A DNA stretch of 64,000 nucleotides from Lingula anatina (lineage: Eukaryota > Animalia > Brachiopoda). Of the stretch, positions 1 to 13,300 are shown one piece after another. Made by a program: the position numbers and the translations under genes. The notes below the pieces were generated by a model, which saw only the letters and a list, made by a program, of their open reading frames with translations, searched no databases and was not told where the DNA came from. The stretch's first letter is position 1; the number at the start of each line of letters is the position of its first letter. The stretch covers positions 59,498,788 through 59,562,787 of the forward strand of contig CM120640.1 in assembly GCA_051362555.1 (NCBI GenBank), read 5' to 3'.

Positions 1-134
1 AATAAGTCAGGAACCCAGAGATCTGAGAGCGCTTTGTCGGACAAGGTAACGGTCACGCGATTGGAGTTATTGGCGCTGGCCACCAAACGATGATCGCTCC
101 ACATTTGCCGAAGGTATAGATTTACAGTGAAGTC
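1..134 (-). CDS. Cys-loop receptor exon 4 (partial)
   Basis: CAG acceptor, DFTVNLYLRQMWSDHRLVASANNSNRVTVTLSDKALSDLWVPDL. Confidence 0.93.
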
Positions 135-518
135 CTGCCAGCAAATTAAAGTATTAGATTAACAATACTGCTTTAGCAATCGAAACTACATGGTAGGCAT
201 ATATAGTTTTATACTTTTTAAAGAAAAGAAACATTCTTGTTGATTTTCAAGATTTACATTGTCTGCAAATGCGGCTTTATCAACAGAAGTTTGTTATCTG
301 AATATTTATAAAAATAAATGTTATGATTTCACATATGACCGCCGATTTAATATACAGGTACGAATACTACTGTACACAAACATAAATTGTGTTCTCAAAT
401 ATTATAAAACCATAATTTTACACCAGCACGACAGTTGTAAAACAAAAGCAAAATATTCTCTATAGTCAATACACGAACTGCAGTATATGACGAAACGAGA
501 AGAAAATACAATAGCTAC

Positions 519-586
519 CATGTCTGCTCCGTTGAATTCACTGAATATATTAATGGCCAGGTTGACTCTGATGGTGTCTGGTGTTC
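519..586 (-). CDS. Cys-loop receptor exon 3 (68 bp)
   Basis: GTPDTIRVNLAINIFSEFNGADM, alignable to GlyR [23 protein letters not shown]; 68 bp is the size of the equivalent GlyR/GABA-A exon. Confidence 0.92.
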
Positions 587-974
587 CTGTGGGAAAAAAC
601 AAACAATTGAGGGAAATGACTACATGTACAAATGTACAGCCCACTGCCCGCCTTTTACTTACAGGTTTAAGTAAACGCAATGCTTCCCTAATGCATTAAG
701 TCAAAGGAAAGTCAATTAATAATAAACTGAGACGGCATATGCGTCAAATATTGCTTTCCATTAAAGATTACAAACATAATAGGAGTACCAGCTAGGTAAT
801 TATGCTTTTTATCGAACTGAGTGAACTGAGTGAAGACACTAACTTAGTTAACATAATATTCTAAAATTGTCCAGGACGACCGCACTTACTATAATGCGCT
901 AGTATACGCTGCTGTTCCTTATCAGCGAAATATCTATGATTTGCTATACCCCCCTCCCCCGGTACTTTACTTAC

Positions 975-1072
975 CCACACTAAGATGAGGCCGAATTCTG
1001 CCATCATATCCACTGCTGAATGTTAAATGGTCCAGATTCAATAAGGCATCATGTTCATTATCGAAGGGTGAC
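975..1072 (-). CDS. Cys-loop receptor exon 2
   Basis: CAG acceptor, G/GTAAGT donor, encodes ...SSGYDGRIRPHLSV. Confidence 0.9.
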
Positions 1073-1093
1073 CTGTTGAGATAAGATTAAATA

Positions 1094-1388
1094 AACTAGA
1101 AAAGCACTCCGAGAGCGCAGACCTCCGCCAAGGCAGCAAAGTCTCCACCCAATGCCGTTTCACCCATAAATTTTCATTCTATAATGATTTAGTTTTTTGA
1201 TTTTTGATTATTGATTGATTATTGATCCACCACCAAAAACTTATCATCTGTTCCTTGGCCCACTTCTGACAGTTCCTGAAAATTTCATCAAAATCGGTCC
1301 ATAACTTTTTGAGTTATGTTGATGACAGACAGACAGACAGACAAAAAAACAAACAAGGGTGAAAACATAACCTCCTTGGCGGAGGTAA
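1094..1388 (-). mobile_element. Non-autonomous Helitron/Helentron-type element (HINE/DINE-1-like)
   Basis: Subterminal inverted repeats ACCTCCGCCAAGG / CCTTGGCGGAGGT, internal (GACA)n microsatellite, terminal hairpin GCACTCCGAGAGCGC next to CTAG end, A/T-rich insertion site. Confidence 0.8.
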
Positions 1389-1587
1389 AAATAGCTTGTA
1401 TTTGTATACTTGTTCTTTAATTATTTGAAGGCGCCTAATCACCTTATTTCTGCAACTGGCTTGAAACTACCACGCTATCTCATTACATCTTGGTAAGCAG
1501 AACGCTACAGAGCACAATTATCTAATGCAGTATGTCCTAACATGCCCAAGCAGAGACCACAAACACTGTACATGTAAGTGCACTTAC

Positions 1588-1667
1588 TTTTTCGCCATTT
1601 GTGCAACTAAATATTCAACGTTGTATAAGACCAGCAGCACCATAATACAAGTCTTATTCGTTGGCAT
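1588..1667 (-). CDS. Cys-loop receptor exon 1 (signal peptide)
   Basis: ATG at 1667, hydrophobic CIMVLLVLY, donor AA/GTAAGT, phase 2 matches next exon. Confidence 0.75.
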
Positions 1668-2937
1668 GATTGCTGCTATGGTTCAGGTGTCCATTGTTCA
1701 AATCTATATCTTCTGCTACCGGGAGTAAAAAAACCTCCATCAACTCATATCTCGGTTGTCCAATTGGAGCTTGACTTAAGTTCACATGTGACGTTTTCCT
1801 AACCCCAGTCCCTGGAGCGTCTTGAATGTGTCAGCCGACGGTACAATAATGAAACTCAAGACTAATACACAAAGTGATACGCACTATTATTCATTGATTT
1901 GATATGTATCCTATTAATACTTTAAACAAACCTGTGGAAATTACCGTATCGCCGTTGATTAACGAGTCCGACCTCATGTACATTGAAGCCATATTGTAGT
2001 TAAAGACGAATTCAAAAAGGGCATAGCTCTTCACGTTTAACCCCCCCCCCAACCACCACCCCCCACCAAAGAAAAAATTTTTAGTAAGTAAGTAAGTAAG
2101 TCAAAGAAACCATTCTTGTGTACCCCTTTGTAAAAGCGTGAATCTGCATGCGGTGCAGATATATACATTTATTGTAATTGAAAGCGGTGCGCAGATCACC
2201 AAGAAAGTGTTAGTGCACAACCATCGTCAAAGCAATAACTGCATGATCTATAGAAATGCAGGTTCATTGAGTAAGATATGATATGTTCACTGTGTTTATG
2301 TAGTTAATTACATCTAAAATGACACCTTCCTTACCGAGACCAGTGGTTGGCTGGGACGGGATGAATACAACGTGTTGTTTTTGGTCTTTTAAGACAACGT
2401 TCGTCTGTCTTGGCACAAATATCCAATATTTAAGAATATTGTTTTGTTAAGCAGTCTGACCCTCCTTTTTTCAACAGTAAGTGACACTGTGGGTATAGAT
2501 GTTGACATTTAAGCACTAGTATCAACGACGTTTCATGTGAGTAGTATGCTATGAAACAATGTAGAAATGCATCGTTCAACGAACAAAATCCCGTTATAAG
2601 ATTGACAAGAAAATACACTTGTATATTTCCACATAACCTGTTCCTTTTGAGGTATAAGAGCTATTTCTCCATGTCAATAGATAGATGTTAACCAACGACA
2701 TACCCTTGTCTCGTTTTGGCAACAACACAAATGACATAATAGATACCAAAACGAGGTCACCGATGCTACGTTTTGGCACCAACTTAAACCTTCGTTTGTT
2801 TTCTGGACCCAGCTTGAATGATAACTTACAGTACATAAGCAGAGAAAATCAAACACTCTAAAATCAAGTTTTTGTTCATTGAATGATAAATGGGTTACCC
2901 ACACAAGCATAAGAAAACATGGAATACATATAAGTGT

Positions 2938-4160
2938 ATCCTACCCTTGCAAAAAAATGTCACTCCCAACGCAATGCATAAAGTGATACAAAAAATCATG
3001 TCATGAATAAATATTCTTTATTTAACTTTTAAATGAATTTTTCCACAAAAAAAAAAAAAAAAAAAAATTACTGACTGCACGACCAGTGAATAAGCTTACT
3101 ATAGGGAAAAAATAAAAGCCACATTTTGGTATTTTGTACGGTGTCCTCAGGATTGGGGGACGCACCTGGCGCGTATACATGTGCGTGGAGTCTAACAGTT
3201 CTGTAACGTTTGCGTGGTGATGTCGTTCCACACACGGCGGAAAGCTAGCATGAGTTGATTTTTATTTGCAGGGTTATCATTCAGTTATCCATGTCCGAGG
3301 ATAATTCACACATTCTTAATGAGATTCTAATCTATGGACTGAGCTAGCCATCAGGGGGTCTGGACGTGGTTCGTATATAACCTGCCTACTGTTGAATTGG
3401 CTGTACGTGGAGGAGCATTATCATGCTGAAACATAAAAGGGTGGTCATGGTCCCGATAGGTATTCTCGACAGATATCCTTAAATTCCTTTCCAGTGCTTG
3501 GATGCATGGGTCTGTGTTAAGGTTCCTGTTGACCACTGCCATCTCGTCTACACCACAGTAGCCATTGCACCCCATGCTATTATTATGTGTGGTGAGTCCT
3601 GTCGACCAGAGGCAGAAAATAAGAAAAATACTTCTAACCAGCTGTTCTCCAAACCCTTATTATGCCTCATGAAGTCTGACAACGCTTAATTATAACATGC
3701 TTTCATCTATTATTGGCTGGTGCCCATGCCAGAGTTAAGGCATACTCCCTCACTCGACGTAGATGATTCCTGGCAGTGATCTCTGGTGTCCTAACATAAA
3801 ACCCTACCAAAATAACGGCGATTGTGCACACAACTTCTGACGTTTGCCCTGTTCTTGTTGAATGTTGCGGTCAAGTTCGTAAATACCATAAGTTGTTTTC
3901 AACGAAGAAGGCGCATTGACCTTCTTTCCTCTATGGGTGTGGTTTCCTTCGTGGCGGGTCAAATCTCCCTCCTATGTCAACTGCTTTGTAAAAAATGTAT
4001 CCCTCTCACTTAGGAGCTGAAAATATAATAAATATGGTGTTGGAGTATTTTAATGGTTACGCAAGGTAAGTCAATGTTCTATTACTCACATCCGCAATTA
4101 ACACGACGATCGGTTGCCTAGTTGTTATGTTAGGGGTGACACTTTTTTCTAGGAGAGTTT
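2938..4160 (-). mobile_element. Decayed Tc1/mariner transposon
   Basis: Minus-strand remnant with FMFQHDNAPP (FQQDNAPxH) and WLAQSID*NLIKNV* (WPxxSPDLNPIENVW); imperfect TIRs (AAAAAAATGTCACTCC ~2951-2966 vs GGGGTGACACTTTTTT ~4133-4148); stops and frameshifts. Confidence 0.85.
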
Positions 4161-4269
4161 ATATATACAAGGTATATATATATATATATATACTAATTTA
4201 ACAAGAGTACTCATGCATGTAGTTTTAATTTTTCTATTACATAACAACTAGGCAACCGATATATATACA

Positions 4270-4358
4270 TACGATGGTATCATCACCCACCCATACAACG
4301 AATTAGCATATGTGATAAGTGCAATTATATCCGAACATAATAGATAAATCACCTACTA
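4270..4358 (+). repeat. Dispersed ~90-bp repeat, copy 1 (copy 2 at ~10261-10352)
   Basis: Shared CGATGGTA..CATACAA.GAAT.AGCATAT.TGATAAGTGCAATTAT...ACCTACT. Confidence 0.7.
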
Positions 4359-5408
4359 GGCATACCTAGGCATACCAAGATTTTTATATTTTTAACCAAC
4401 CAACTTACAGGATTTTTGTTCATTGAAAGATATAATCAACTCCATTGCGTGTAATATACATATTTTCTGTGAGTTCTACAATGGACCTTTATAAAGTTGC
4501 GATGCAATATGTCATCTATACCAAAAAAATCTAATGTGTAATGGTATCAAATCCATGTGTGATTACTCACGGTCACAAGAATATCTTTTACTTTCAAAAA
4601 TGCTAGTACATGTACAGTGAAGTGTGTTTTGTCTCAACTACCACAATGTTAGCAGTAATATGGTTGGCATTAATCTTCAAACGCCACTCCTTTCTATGTA
4701 ATTTGTTTGGGAGACTTTTATTACACTCTGTCCGACAATTTACCAGTGTTGTGAGATTGAAGTTTATTTACAGTTTGAACCCCTATCAATGCCAAATAGT
4801 AGCGTTTTGCATATAAATAACCAGTATATTAGAGACTTTCTCAGGTAAAATCACATTCGTAAGAATCCACCCCCACACGAACAACCCAAAAAGGGGAAGA
4901 CAGAAAAATACGGGAAAGAGAAAATAATTCACTTCCTTACTTTAGAGATAATCAGAGTCGGTTGACCAGGAAAACATGGTATCAAATAAAAATATGGAAA
5001 TTTCAATCAACTCATTTCTTTTAGCTGGCATATTTGCATTCAGACCTTCTTTCACTTCACTCTGAGCAATAGGGTTACATCAGATATCTCCCATCAAATC
5101 GAGAAAATGGAAAGTTATTTTTGTAATGATATTGTTTATTTTTTAATTTTATATTTATCATGCTATGAATACAGATGTAGACAAACCGAAATATTAAATG
5201 CCATATTAAAGGCAAACTCCGTTGTCCCATTTTATCAACAAAGACGACCAAAACATTCATTGTATGTGACGTAAAAGATAAAAACGCTAAAATGGAGGTC
5301 CCGCAGCAGTTGGGTATGAGATAATCAGTATTCTATAATTTGGTTAGTGTGGGAGCTTGAACCCCCTTTACCTTAATCGCGCATACTTACATATGTCCTC
5401 TGACTCTA

Positions 5409-5537
5409 TCCTCTACCAGGGCCACAGATTGATTATTCACAAGATATTCACAGATATGTGTTTAGATGAATTGACGGCGATTTTGTTTTCTTGCGATAGA
5501 GAAGAATACACATATTTTCTGCGGGCCTGGTAGAGGG
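5409..5537. mobile_element. ~130-bp MITE with TA flanks (Tc1/mariner-type)
   Basis: CCTCTACCAGGGCCACAGA at left pairs with TCTGCGGGCCTGGTAGAGG at right; TA on both sides. Confidence 0.6.
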
Positions 5538-8184
5538 TACTTTGACTCTATAATCCCTCTCACAGGTGAGAGTTTGATGTTTAAAGTACACGTGGGGGGG
5601 GGATAAAATGTGAAATGGATAGTACAGTATGCTACACCATTCGCTTGTAATGTGGTAAATGGAGCTACTACCTGTAGTACATGTAAGGGGTGCAGTAGCA
5701 GAGGGCGGTCTACTGAATGTTGGCTACTTTGAGACCATTCTGTGATTGTGAAAAAATTCAAGGACCTATATACCAATACGGTGTTATTATTGCGTCTATT
5801 TTCACTAAAGATATTGATCAAAAGTTTCAATTAAATATTTTATTTCACAGGAAATAACGATGACTCTTCTGTAACACATGCTTAGGAATAAGCTCATCAG
5901 ACATTAACACGACATAACTGCATATTCAAACAATGCAATATCAATATTATGCATCATCGCAACAATTTTTGCCATGGTATATAGATGCACTTGGAAAAGA
6001 GCATTTTGTGAAACCAAGTTTTAAGATTTTTTTAATGTCATTTATAGTGACATCAGCAGCAGACAAGGCAGCAGCACAGAAAAACAATAGAGTGGCCAAT
6101 TTCAAATTGTAGTCAAATGTCTACACTTGTAGTCTTTAAATACTGTTATTAAGCACGAAATTCGTTCAGCAATTTAGGGGCGTCTACCTGTACAAAATTA
6201 CAGATATATTTCACGCTATCCACGACCTTGTGAAAAGAAGGGCAGTTTTATTGCTCTATAAGTAAGGCATAATCGATAAACACTCGCTACCAAGGCATCA
6301 ACAAAATGAACACATTCCTCTTTTATAACCCACGTCTTTGCACACTGTTTGGAGATAATCGACTAATAAAGCCTAGCTGGCAATTAAACAGCCCTGCCTC
6401 AGCCGAGTGCAGCGATCAGCGTGAATCAATCCACCAAAAAATGTGGGACGATATGATTTTTGTTGTCTACAAAGTTCAAATGTCCTCTCAAATACTAAAG
6501 AATGTACCCACCAAAGCGCTTTGCATTAATGACTGAGACTCCATAACAAAAGTGCACTAATTGAATTGTCGGTGAATGATCCTGATATTATTACGAAGCA
6601 GTGCCCTAGAAACATTGCATGCTAATGTCAAACAATCTCCAAATTCAGGACGTTGACTAAAATGTCTCAATTCGTAGTCCTAGTTATCTAAGTAAGCGTC
6701 TTTGATTTTAAAGAAATATGAGTAATAAAACAACAACTTTCTATTGATGTGTTGTTTTTATTGTTCTATTTATGGAGTTGTTTAAGGAGCAGTGAATGTC
6801 ATTGTGCCTTTTTACCTTCCTGTACTCAGTGACTTCCGTTACTTTATAATGCTTTTGCAAGATTATATACTTCAGTGAAAGGAAAACTAACATTTATTTG
6901 ATGTTTTCTTTTCAAACGACATGTCTTTTAATGTCCCTTGTTCACTTAATTTTGTATTTCAGCTCCCAATAGATCCAATAAAGAAGTTTTCCATAACGAT
7001 CTCTCGATTATCAAAATAACTCTTTTCACTATTAAGATAACTTGAATGTTTTCCCGTCATTCATTTATTCATTCGATACATTCATAAATTACCCTGTATT
7101 TAGCCTCATTTGATTGCATTAACACATGAAATATGATAAACACGGGTATATGACAGGTACTTGAGACCAGTACAACACAGTGTTCATTCAGAGGGATATG
7201 GCTTATTCTGCGTACCGTCCCTCTGGGAGAAGGCATATGTCAACATGATGGTTTACAGAGGGTTTAAAATGAGATTACCCGCGAATCATTATTATATGAG
7301 CTGATAATTAATTAAGATCGATAAGCCACGGATGCTTCCCTAATCAGTTCAAAAGATGATGTGCGTCGATTTGCTTGCTTGTCGATTAACACTCGCTTTA
7401 AGGGTACACTTCCGTGGCGAATATTTCCAATACTGTTGTAGAGATTATTGTGCACGAAAATGTTGAGTTAGGCTGGCAGAAGCAGGGAGACGCTCAGTGC
7501 TTCCTGCGCGTGCCGCCAAAGTCGCAACCAAAAAAATCGATTAATTACTTACCAAGGTCTTGTCATAATCGTATGAAGTGTTGAATTATGAAGAAGTCAG
7601 TGGTTAACTAAATAATTACTTGGTCTCCCAAGATTACAAGAGCCAATTGCATCGCGAAATTTCATTTACTAATGGACCTCTGGGAATTGGGGATTGGTTC
7701 GGAACGCCAAACTTAAGTGCAGACCTGTGCGCATGTGTGAAGGATTCCGCTGTGACGTCGACAACATCACCAGGAGATTAAAATGATGCATCAATTTTTG
7801 AAAATAGAAAGACCATGATGCAATTCTTATCACGCTCACAGTGAGGTGTTGATCTTGTCTAGGTATAGAGGGCCAGAGGGAAGAGGGGCAGGCCGTGAAT
7901 TCTGCTTCAAGTAAGAAAAGGACTGGAGGATCTTTGAACGAATACCTTCACTGTGAACAGATTAAAATAGTTTTCGAAAATTCCTAGAAAGTGAAGGCAT
8001 TGATAATTAATCTCGCGGGAATCGACATTCTCAATACAGACTAAATTACAACCGTTTAATTCAATAAACTGAGGGAATGTGCGAAAGAATCCATAGAAGA
8101 CTCGTAAGAGTGGCTTGAAAGTCGTCTTGGGTTTTGTCGTTTACTTGAGAGCACTGACCGTCGAAGGTACCGACAGACATCAGG

Positions 8185-8273
8185 ATGCCTTTTGGAGGGT
8201 TTCAGAACTTAAAAGATAGGGTGTTGCAGCCATCAAAAGAAGCGGCCCATTTCGCTGTTTCGTCACTGAAAGG
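8185..8273 (+). CDS. VGLUT: VGLUT exon 1
   Basis: MPFGGFQNLKDRVLQPSKEAAHFAVSSLK(G), resembles vertebrate VGLUT3 N-terminus MPFKAFDTFKEKILKPGKE; donor GG/GTACGT phase 2 fits exon 2. Confidence 0.88.
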
Positions 8274-10260
8274 GTACGTGATATTCAATATGTAATTGTT
8301 ATTCTCATATCTTGTTTTATTTGTCTGATTGTGTGAAATATCAAGGTGAACGTTTGCAGTATGGTGCTTGAATGCCCCTGTCCCTAGTATTCAGATATTT
8401 GACAAAAAGTGCATTGTTTATGCTACGAAACACAATTAGCCATAAATTTGCGAATTATTGAATCGATAATTGCTAATTGTAATACTACAAGACTGTTGTT
8501 AAAACTTAATTTATAAATTAACTCCGCCCACAAATAAGTCTACAAAGCACTATTCTAGAAAACCGAAACTAAAAGTCCAGAAAAAAAAAACAAGGTTTAA
8601 TTCATGGCATAATAAATTTTTAATTTGCGTCGTGTACACCCAATGCACGAACGATAATTGATCTTTGCTTCTAGATTCTACTGCATTTACCGTCAATTTA
8701 TCTAAGTCACAAGAGTAACGTTTGTTAAATAAATGTCCAAGTAGACAAGTTTAAAATGTGTTACAACCCGATCTACATAACAATTTATGTAAACTTTTCT
8801 CGGTTGGTCCTTCTAAATCCTTTAAAAATCACACAAGGAAATAATAGTTGAAGATAAATTACTGCACTATGATCTAGAATATAACTAAGAAAATGCAAAG
8901 ACTAGAAAGTAACATTATATGGTATGGTAACATGTACAAATTAGGGCAAATATAAAGTTTCCGAATAATTTGTGGAATTCATTTCGTGCAGCAAACCTGT
9001 TCTTAGTCGTAGGATTAACATCAAATCTCCGGGTTTGCAGGCCCAAAGAAGAAATTTCCACCGGACACATTCACCTATTTTCTGTCACATAAAACGATCA
9101 TCTTCCATAAAATTGAAGAATCGTTTCGTTGCATGTCTCGAAAAAAGAAGCTTATTACAGTCTTGGGAATATAACCGATCACACGGTAAGCGCAAATATC
9201 CCGTTACGCGTACTTGGCTGTGTCAGTGAACACCACGTGTTTTCACTGCATTGGTATGAAGTGTCACAGGTTTATGTTGTCTGCCATATCTAGGTACTTT
9301 CTGTCATGCTCTGGCAAGTCGACATGAGTTGATTGTGGATCTAGCAGATTGGTATTGGGGGCTGATAGGTTGGTCAAAGAATTTTTTTAAAAGTCTGTAT
9401 CTTTTTTAATCAACGCAATGCATTGGTCTCTGGTATCTACAGTGCAACAATAGAAAAATATAAGTATTTGAGGCGGCATTTTTATAGAGGATATGTTTGG
9501 GAAATTGTGAGATCAAATATACGAAAGAGAACATCAAATACATACCTCGTTTAAGGCATTTAAATGTTTTCTGCTTTTCCCCAATGAAAACTGGTTGTAC
9601 TATGGCGAATATTGAGTCGAAATTGGACGGCCAACCCATATAACCAGAATGCTCGTTTTGCGTTCATTTCGGGGCAAAAATTCGCTTTCAAGCTGAATAC
9701 TAAATGCCGCTTAATTATACCCCAAGGCAAATAAAAAAGGTCGTAAAGCAGACGATAAATTCTGAATATCGCATGATTGCATGAGAGTTGTACAGTGGAG
9801 ATATCAATCGATGTGAAATTCAGAAAATAAATACAAAGCTGTTGAATTAGCAACGAGCTGCCGAGACCCGGGATCAAACGGTCCTGTGTTCGGCTGTTTG
9901 TATATTAGGGATATGAGGATTTTTTTGCCCGGGGATACTGTTTTGTAAAATGTTATCATGGATCCTCGTTAAAGATCGATGAGCGAATTGTTATCGTATG
10001 GTCTTATTACCTCTGGCGTTTCCTATCCATTGCCCCCACTTCAAAAACAAAATTTCATCTTCCCGATACGTTATCTGTAGGGTCACAATAGGGGATACAT
10101 ATCTTGATCATGTAAACACATAGCGGACTGCAAGGTTTATAGATTGCTTTATTTTCTCCATGTCCTTTTTGAATGATAGAATGCAATTGGATTTCGCTCA
10201 AATTTGTATGCAGAATGTCAAGTTTGAAATGTTAGAAGAATACCACTACTAATTGACATT

Positions 10261-10352
10261 CGATGGTACCATGACCCAGCCATATGCATACAAGGAATCA
10301 GCATATATGATAAGTGCAATTATTTGCGAATAGAAGAGAAAAATTACCTACT
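10261..10352 (+). repeat. Dispersed ~90-bp repeat, copy 2
   Basis: Aligns to 4270-4358. Confidence 0.7.
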
Positions 10353-13300
10353 CAGAAATCACGAGTGAGATTTTTTTCGGAGAAAGCGTTCATTGGATCC
10401 TGTTAAACGAGACGAGTAGATTTATTTTAATAAAATTAAGTTTGAGGTTTATATTAGGAATACTTTTCGCAGTGACATTTTCAGAATTTTGTCTTTAATC
10501 GGGGATATCAAGAAGAAAACACTCGTTTAACGTCTTGCTATTGAAGATATCTTGTTTCTGATTTAAAACCCATTTTCAATTAAGATGAGAGAGGTTCAAT
10601 TTCGATGAGTAGGGTTAGTAGGATGGTCCCAGTCCTATTTCTTATCTCACATAGACACAGTCAACTGAGCATGGTTTTAAGGTGGATGTGTGTTTCAGTA
10701 TGATATGACCTTGCGCCACTAAGGAGCTTACTCAAATATAATACCAGTTTTGGACTGTGTACATATTTCCCGCCGACTCTCAAGCAAGAAGTTCACAACA
10801 TTAATTATGTAAAACTATTGTTCTGTACAAAAAAGTAAAAGACATTCTTGTGCATTATGCGCTGTGGGTATCAACCATAGTTAAATTATTTTACTTAAAC
10901 ATGTTTATTTCGTGTTAATATTTCTTTATTCCGTTTGTGACTGTATGGGCCTGATAGACCTGTTTCACGCCACATAATGCCGATATAAAGTTACAATCCA
11001 GTCGCATCACTATTAGGATTATTCATAAACGCACGATACCGTGTTATGTTTACGTCACTAAACATGGATAAGTTGTAAAATTATGCACTGATGCTCCCTC
11101 GACAGTTGCACTTCCGATTGAAGAGAGAGGGACAATGTTTTAATTTTTTTCTTACCGCATATAACATATTCCAGCTTTTATTAGCTTTTATTGCAAACAA
11201 AACGACATATATATATATAAAACAAATAAGAAAACGTCACATCTGACCGTTTAAAATGAGAAAGAAAAGAATACAGTATACACATTAAGTTCTTTTCCGC
11301 TTAATTTGGTATAAATATGAGACCGTTTTTCCAATCGTCTTGTAACACTTTGAATTGACAGTTATTTGGGGTCTTGGGACTGAGCACATGCATTTGCAAG
11401 ACCTTTGCATTTACGGTCAATATCGAAGGTAACTTGTATTCATGATTTTTGGAAGGAGCAATAATGACCACTTCACCCGTAGTTGACTTAATTGGTCCCC
11501 CAAGGGAAAAACTTTGAGAAAATTACTGCTTAATATTGATGCTACGTGCATGAAATATGCCATCACTTTCCTTCTTGACACGTGATTCCCTGTGTGACTC
11601 CCATAAACCCCATTCTACATATACCACAACTCCAATTCAGTCACCTTGATCGGCGTGTCATATGTGGGAGGTAGCTTTACGGACAGTAAATAATACATCA
11701 AGTCAGGTTGTATAGTTCATATAGCTCAGTAATCTAATCAAATTAGCAAACGATTAATCGCAAATAGTGTTGGTTTTTGGAACAAGAAATAACTTTTAGG
11801 CTTACCTAATCTAATTGCAATAAGAGTCTACGATTAAAAAACTGAACTGTATGTAGGCTTGACAAACAAATGATCTAACTGGTCCATGTTGCTTGCAATT
11901 TGGCAATGCGGCTGTATGCCTCATTCAGACAGTGACGGACATCTGTCTGGCACTGATAGAATAGTAGAACGTTTAAGATAGATTAACTTGTATTTCATTT
12001 CAAAATGTATATGGCGTACCAATGGTGATAATTAAAGGAGAGCAGTGCCTACCTACGCAGAGATGCATCATCTGTGTAATAAAGGGGTTTCTTGTGCGCA
12101 CACATGCGCACGCCCTTCGTAATTTCCATTTTGTTATTTAGTTTCTCTCCGTAAGTTTTTTTTTCTTTGCAAGTGCGTGGGGAGGGGGGGGTATTTTATT
12201 TTGTTCTAAAATCTCCAGTTGCTGTTATTTGTGCTTTTCTATCAGGCAGTTTTGGTAATGCTTCTAATGGCGCCATGTGCTTTATTAGACATTGACTCAT
12301 GCACAGTCTAATAACATTTTCAATGCAGTTTATTAACATACTTTCCGATTAGTATGCCACCAACCGTGTATACCGTCTGAGCCTAACTTAATTGAGAAAT
12401 TATGCCAGCCAACAATTTTAATGAGTCTTTTTGGTGAACTGTTTGGTAGCCAAAATTACCCCTAAATGGTTGTCTCTATGATTTTAGTCCATTTAAAATA
12501 CACTTGCCTAGTAGTTCTAGTTTAATCATGAAAAATGTCTTTCTATTAGATTTTGTCTAATTAAGTTTAAGACATTTATTTGAGGAATGTCGACGATCCA
12601 TAGGTTATTTTTTCAGTGTTACATATAGCTGTGGCGGGCGGCCATACATATCTCTATATCAGACTTTTTAATAGCTTTTTTGAAAAGTTTATTATATACA
12701 AGGCTGCAGCTGATAACCTTATAGAGCTTTGCAATAAAAGTAAACCGAAAGATGTGCTTCCAAAACAAAATTCATAATGTTTAACGATGGAATATACTGT
12801 ATGTCATGATTTATCTAAACATTTGAAAAACAGTGATCAGAATTATATCACCAAAGGCAACAAAGACTTTTTATCAGGTCTTTCTGTCAAGTAACATCAG
12901 AGAAAATAAGATTTGAACTCCACCCACCCTCCGTGCACCGTTTGGGTCATCCACAGGACACCATGCCTCGCTGTGCAGAAGCGGGATGACTTTTGCGTTA
13001 ATGCACGTCTTTTTATAGGATACATCAAATCTAATTGTATCTGTGTAAAAGGAAACATAAAGTGACTGCTATCTCTACAGCACGTCGGTTTATGGAAACA
13101 TGAAAGAGATTAGCATTGATTGAAATCAGGTAGGATAGCAGTAATGTAAAGTTCACGGTACGGTGCAAAAAAAAAAAATTCTTAATGAAGAATTAACAAA
13201 CCATAAGACCTTTCAATAAAGCAAGTCAAATTTAATGCTTCCGTAGATATTGAAATCAAAATTTTCTTTGGATTTATTTAAATCTACCTATTCGCATTTT

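Larger units (their letters stand above)
1..1667 (-). other. Gene span (5' part, truncated by window edge): pentameric Cys-loop ligand-gated ion channel subunit, anion-channel (GlyR/GluCl/GABA-A-like) type
   Basis: join(1667-1588,1072-975,586-519,134-1) has compatible phases (2,1,0) and GT-AG introns; gives MPTNKTCIMVLLVLYNVEYLVAQMAKK-SPFDNEHDALLNLDHLTFSSGYDGRIRPHLSV-GTPDTIRVNLAINIFSEFNGADM-DFTVNLYLRQMWSDHRL...LWVPDL with YDxRIRP, loop D and WxPD motifs. Confidence 0.92.
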
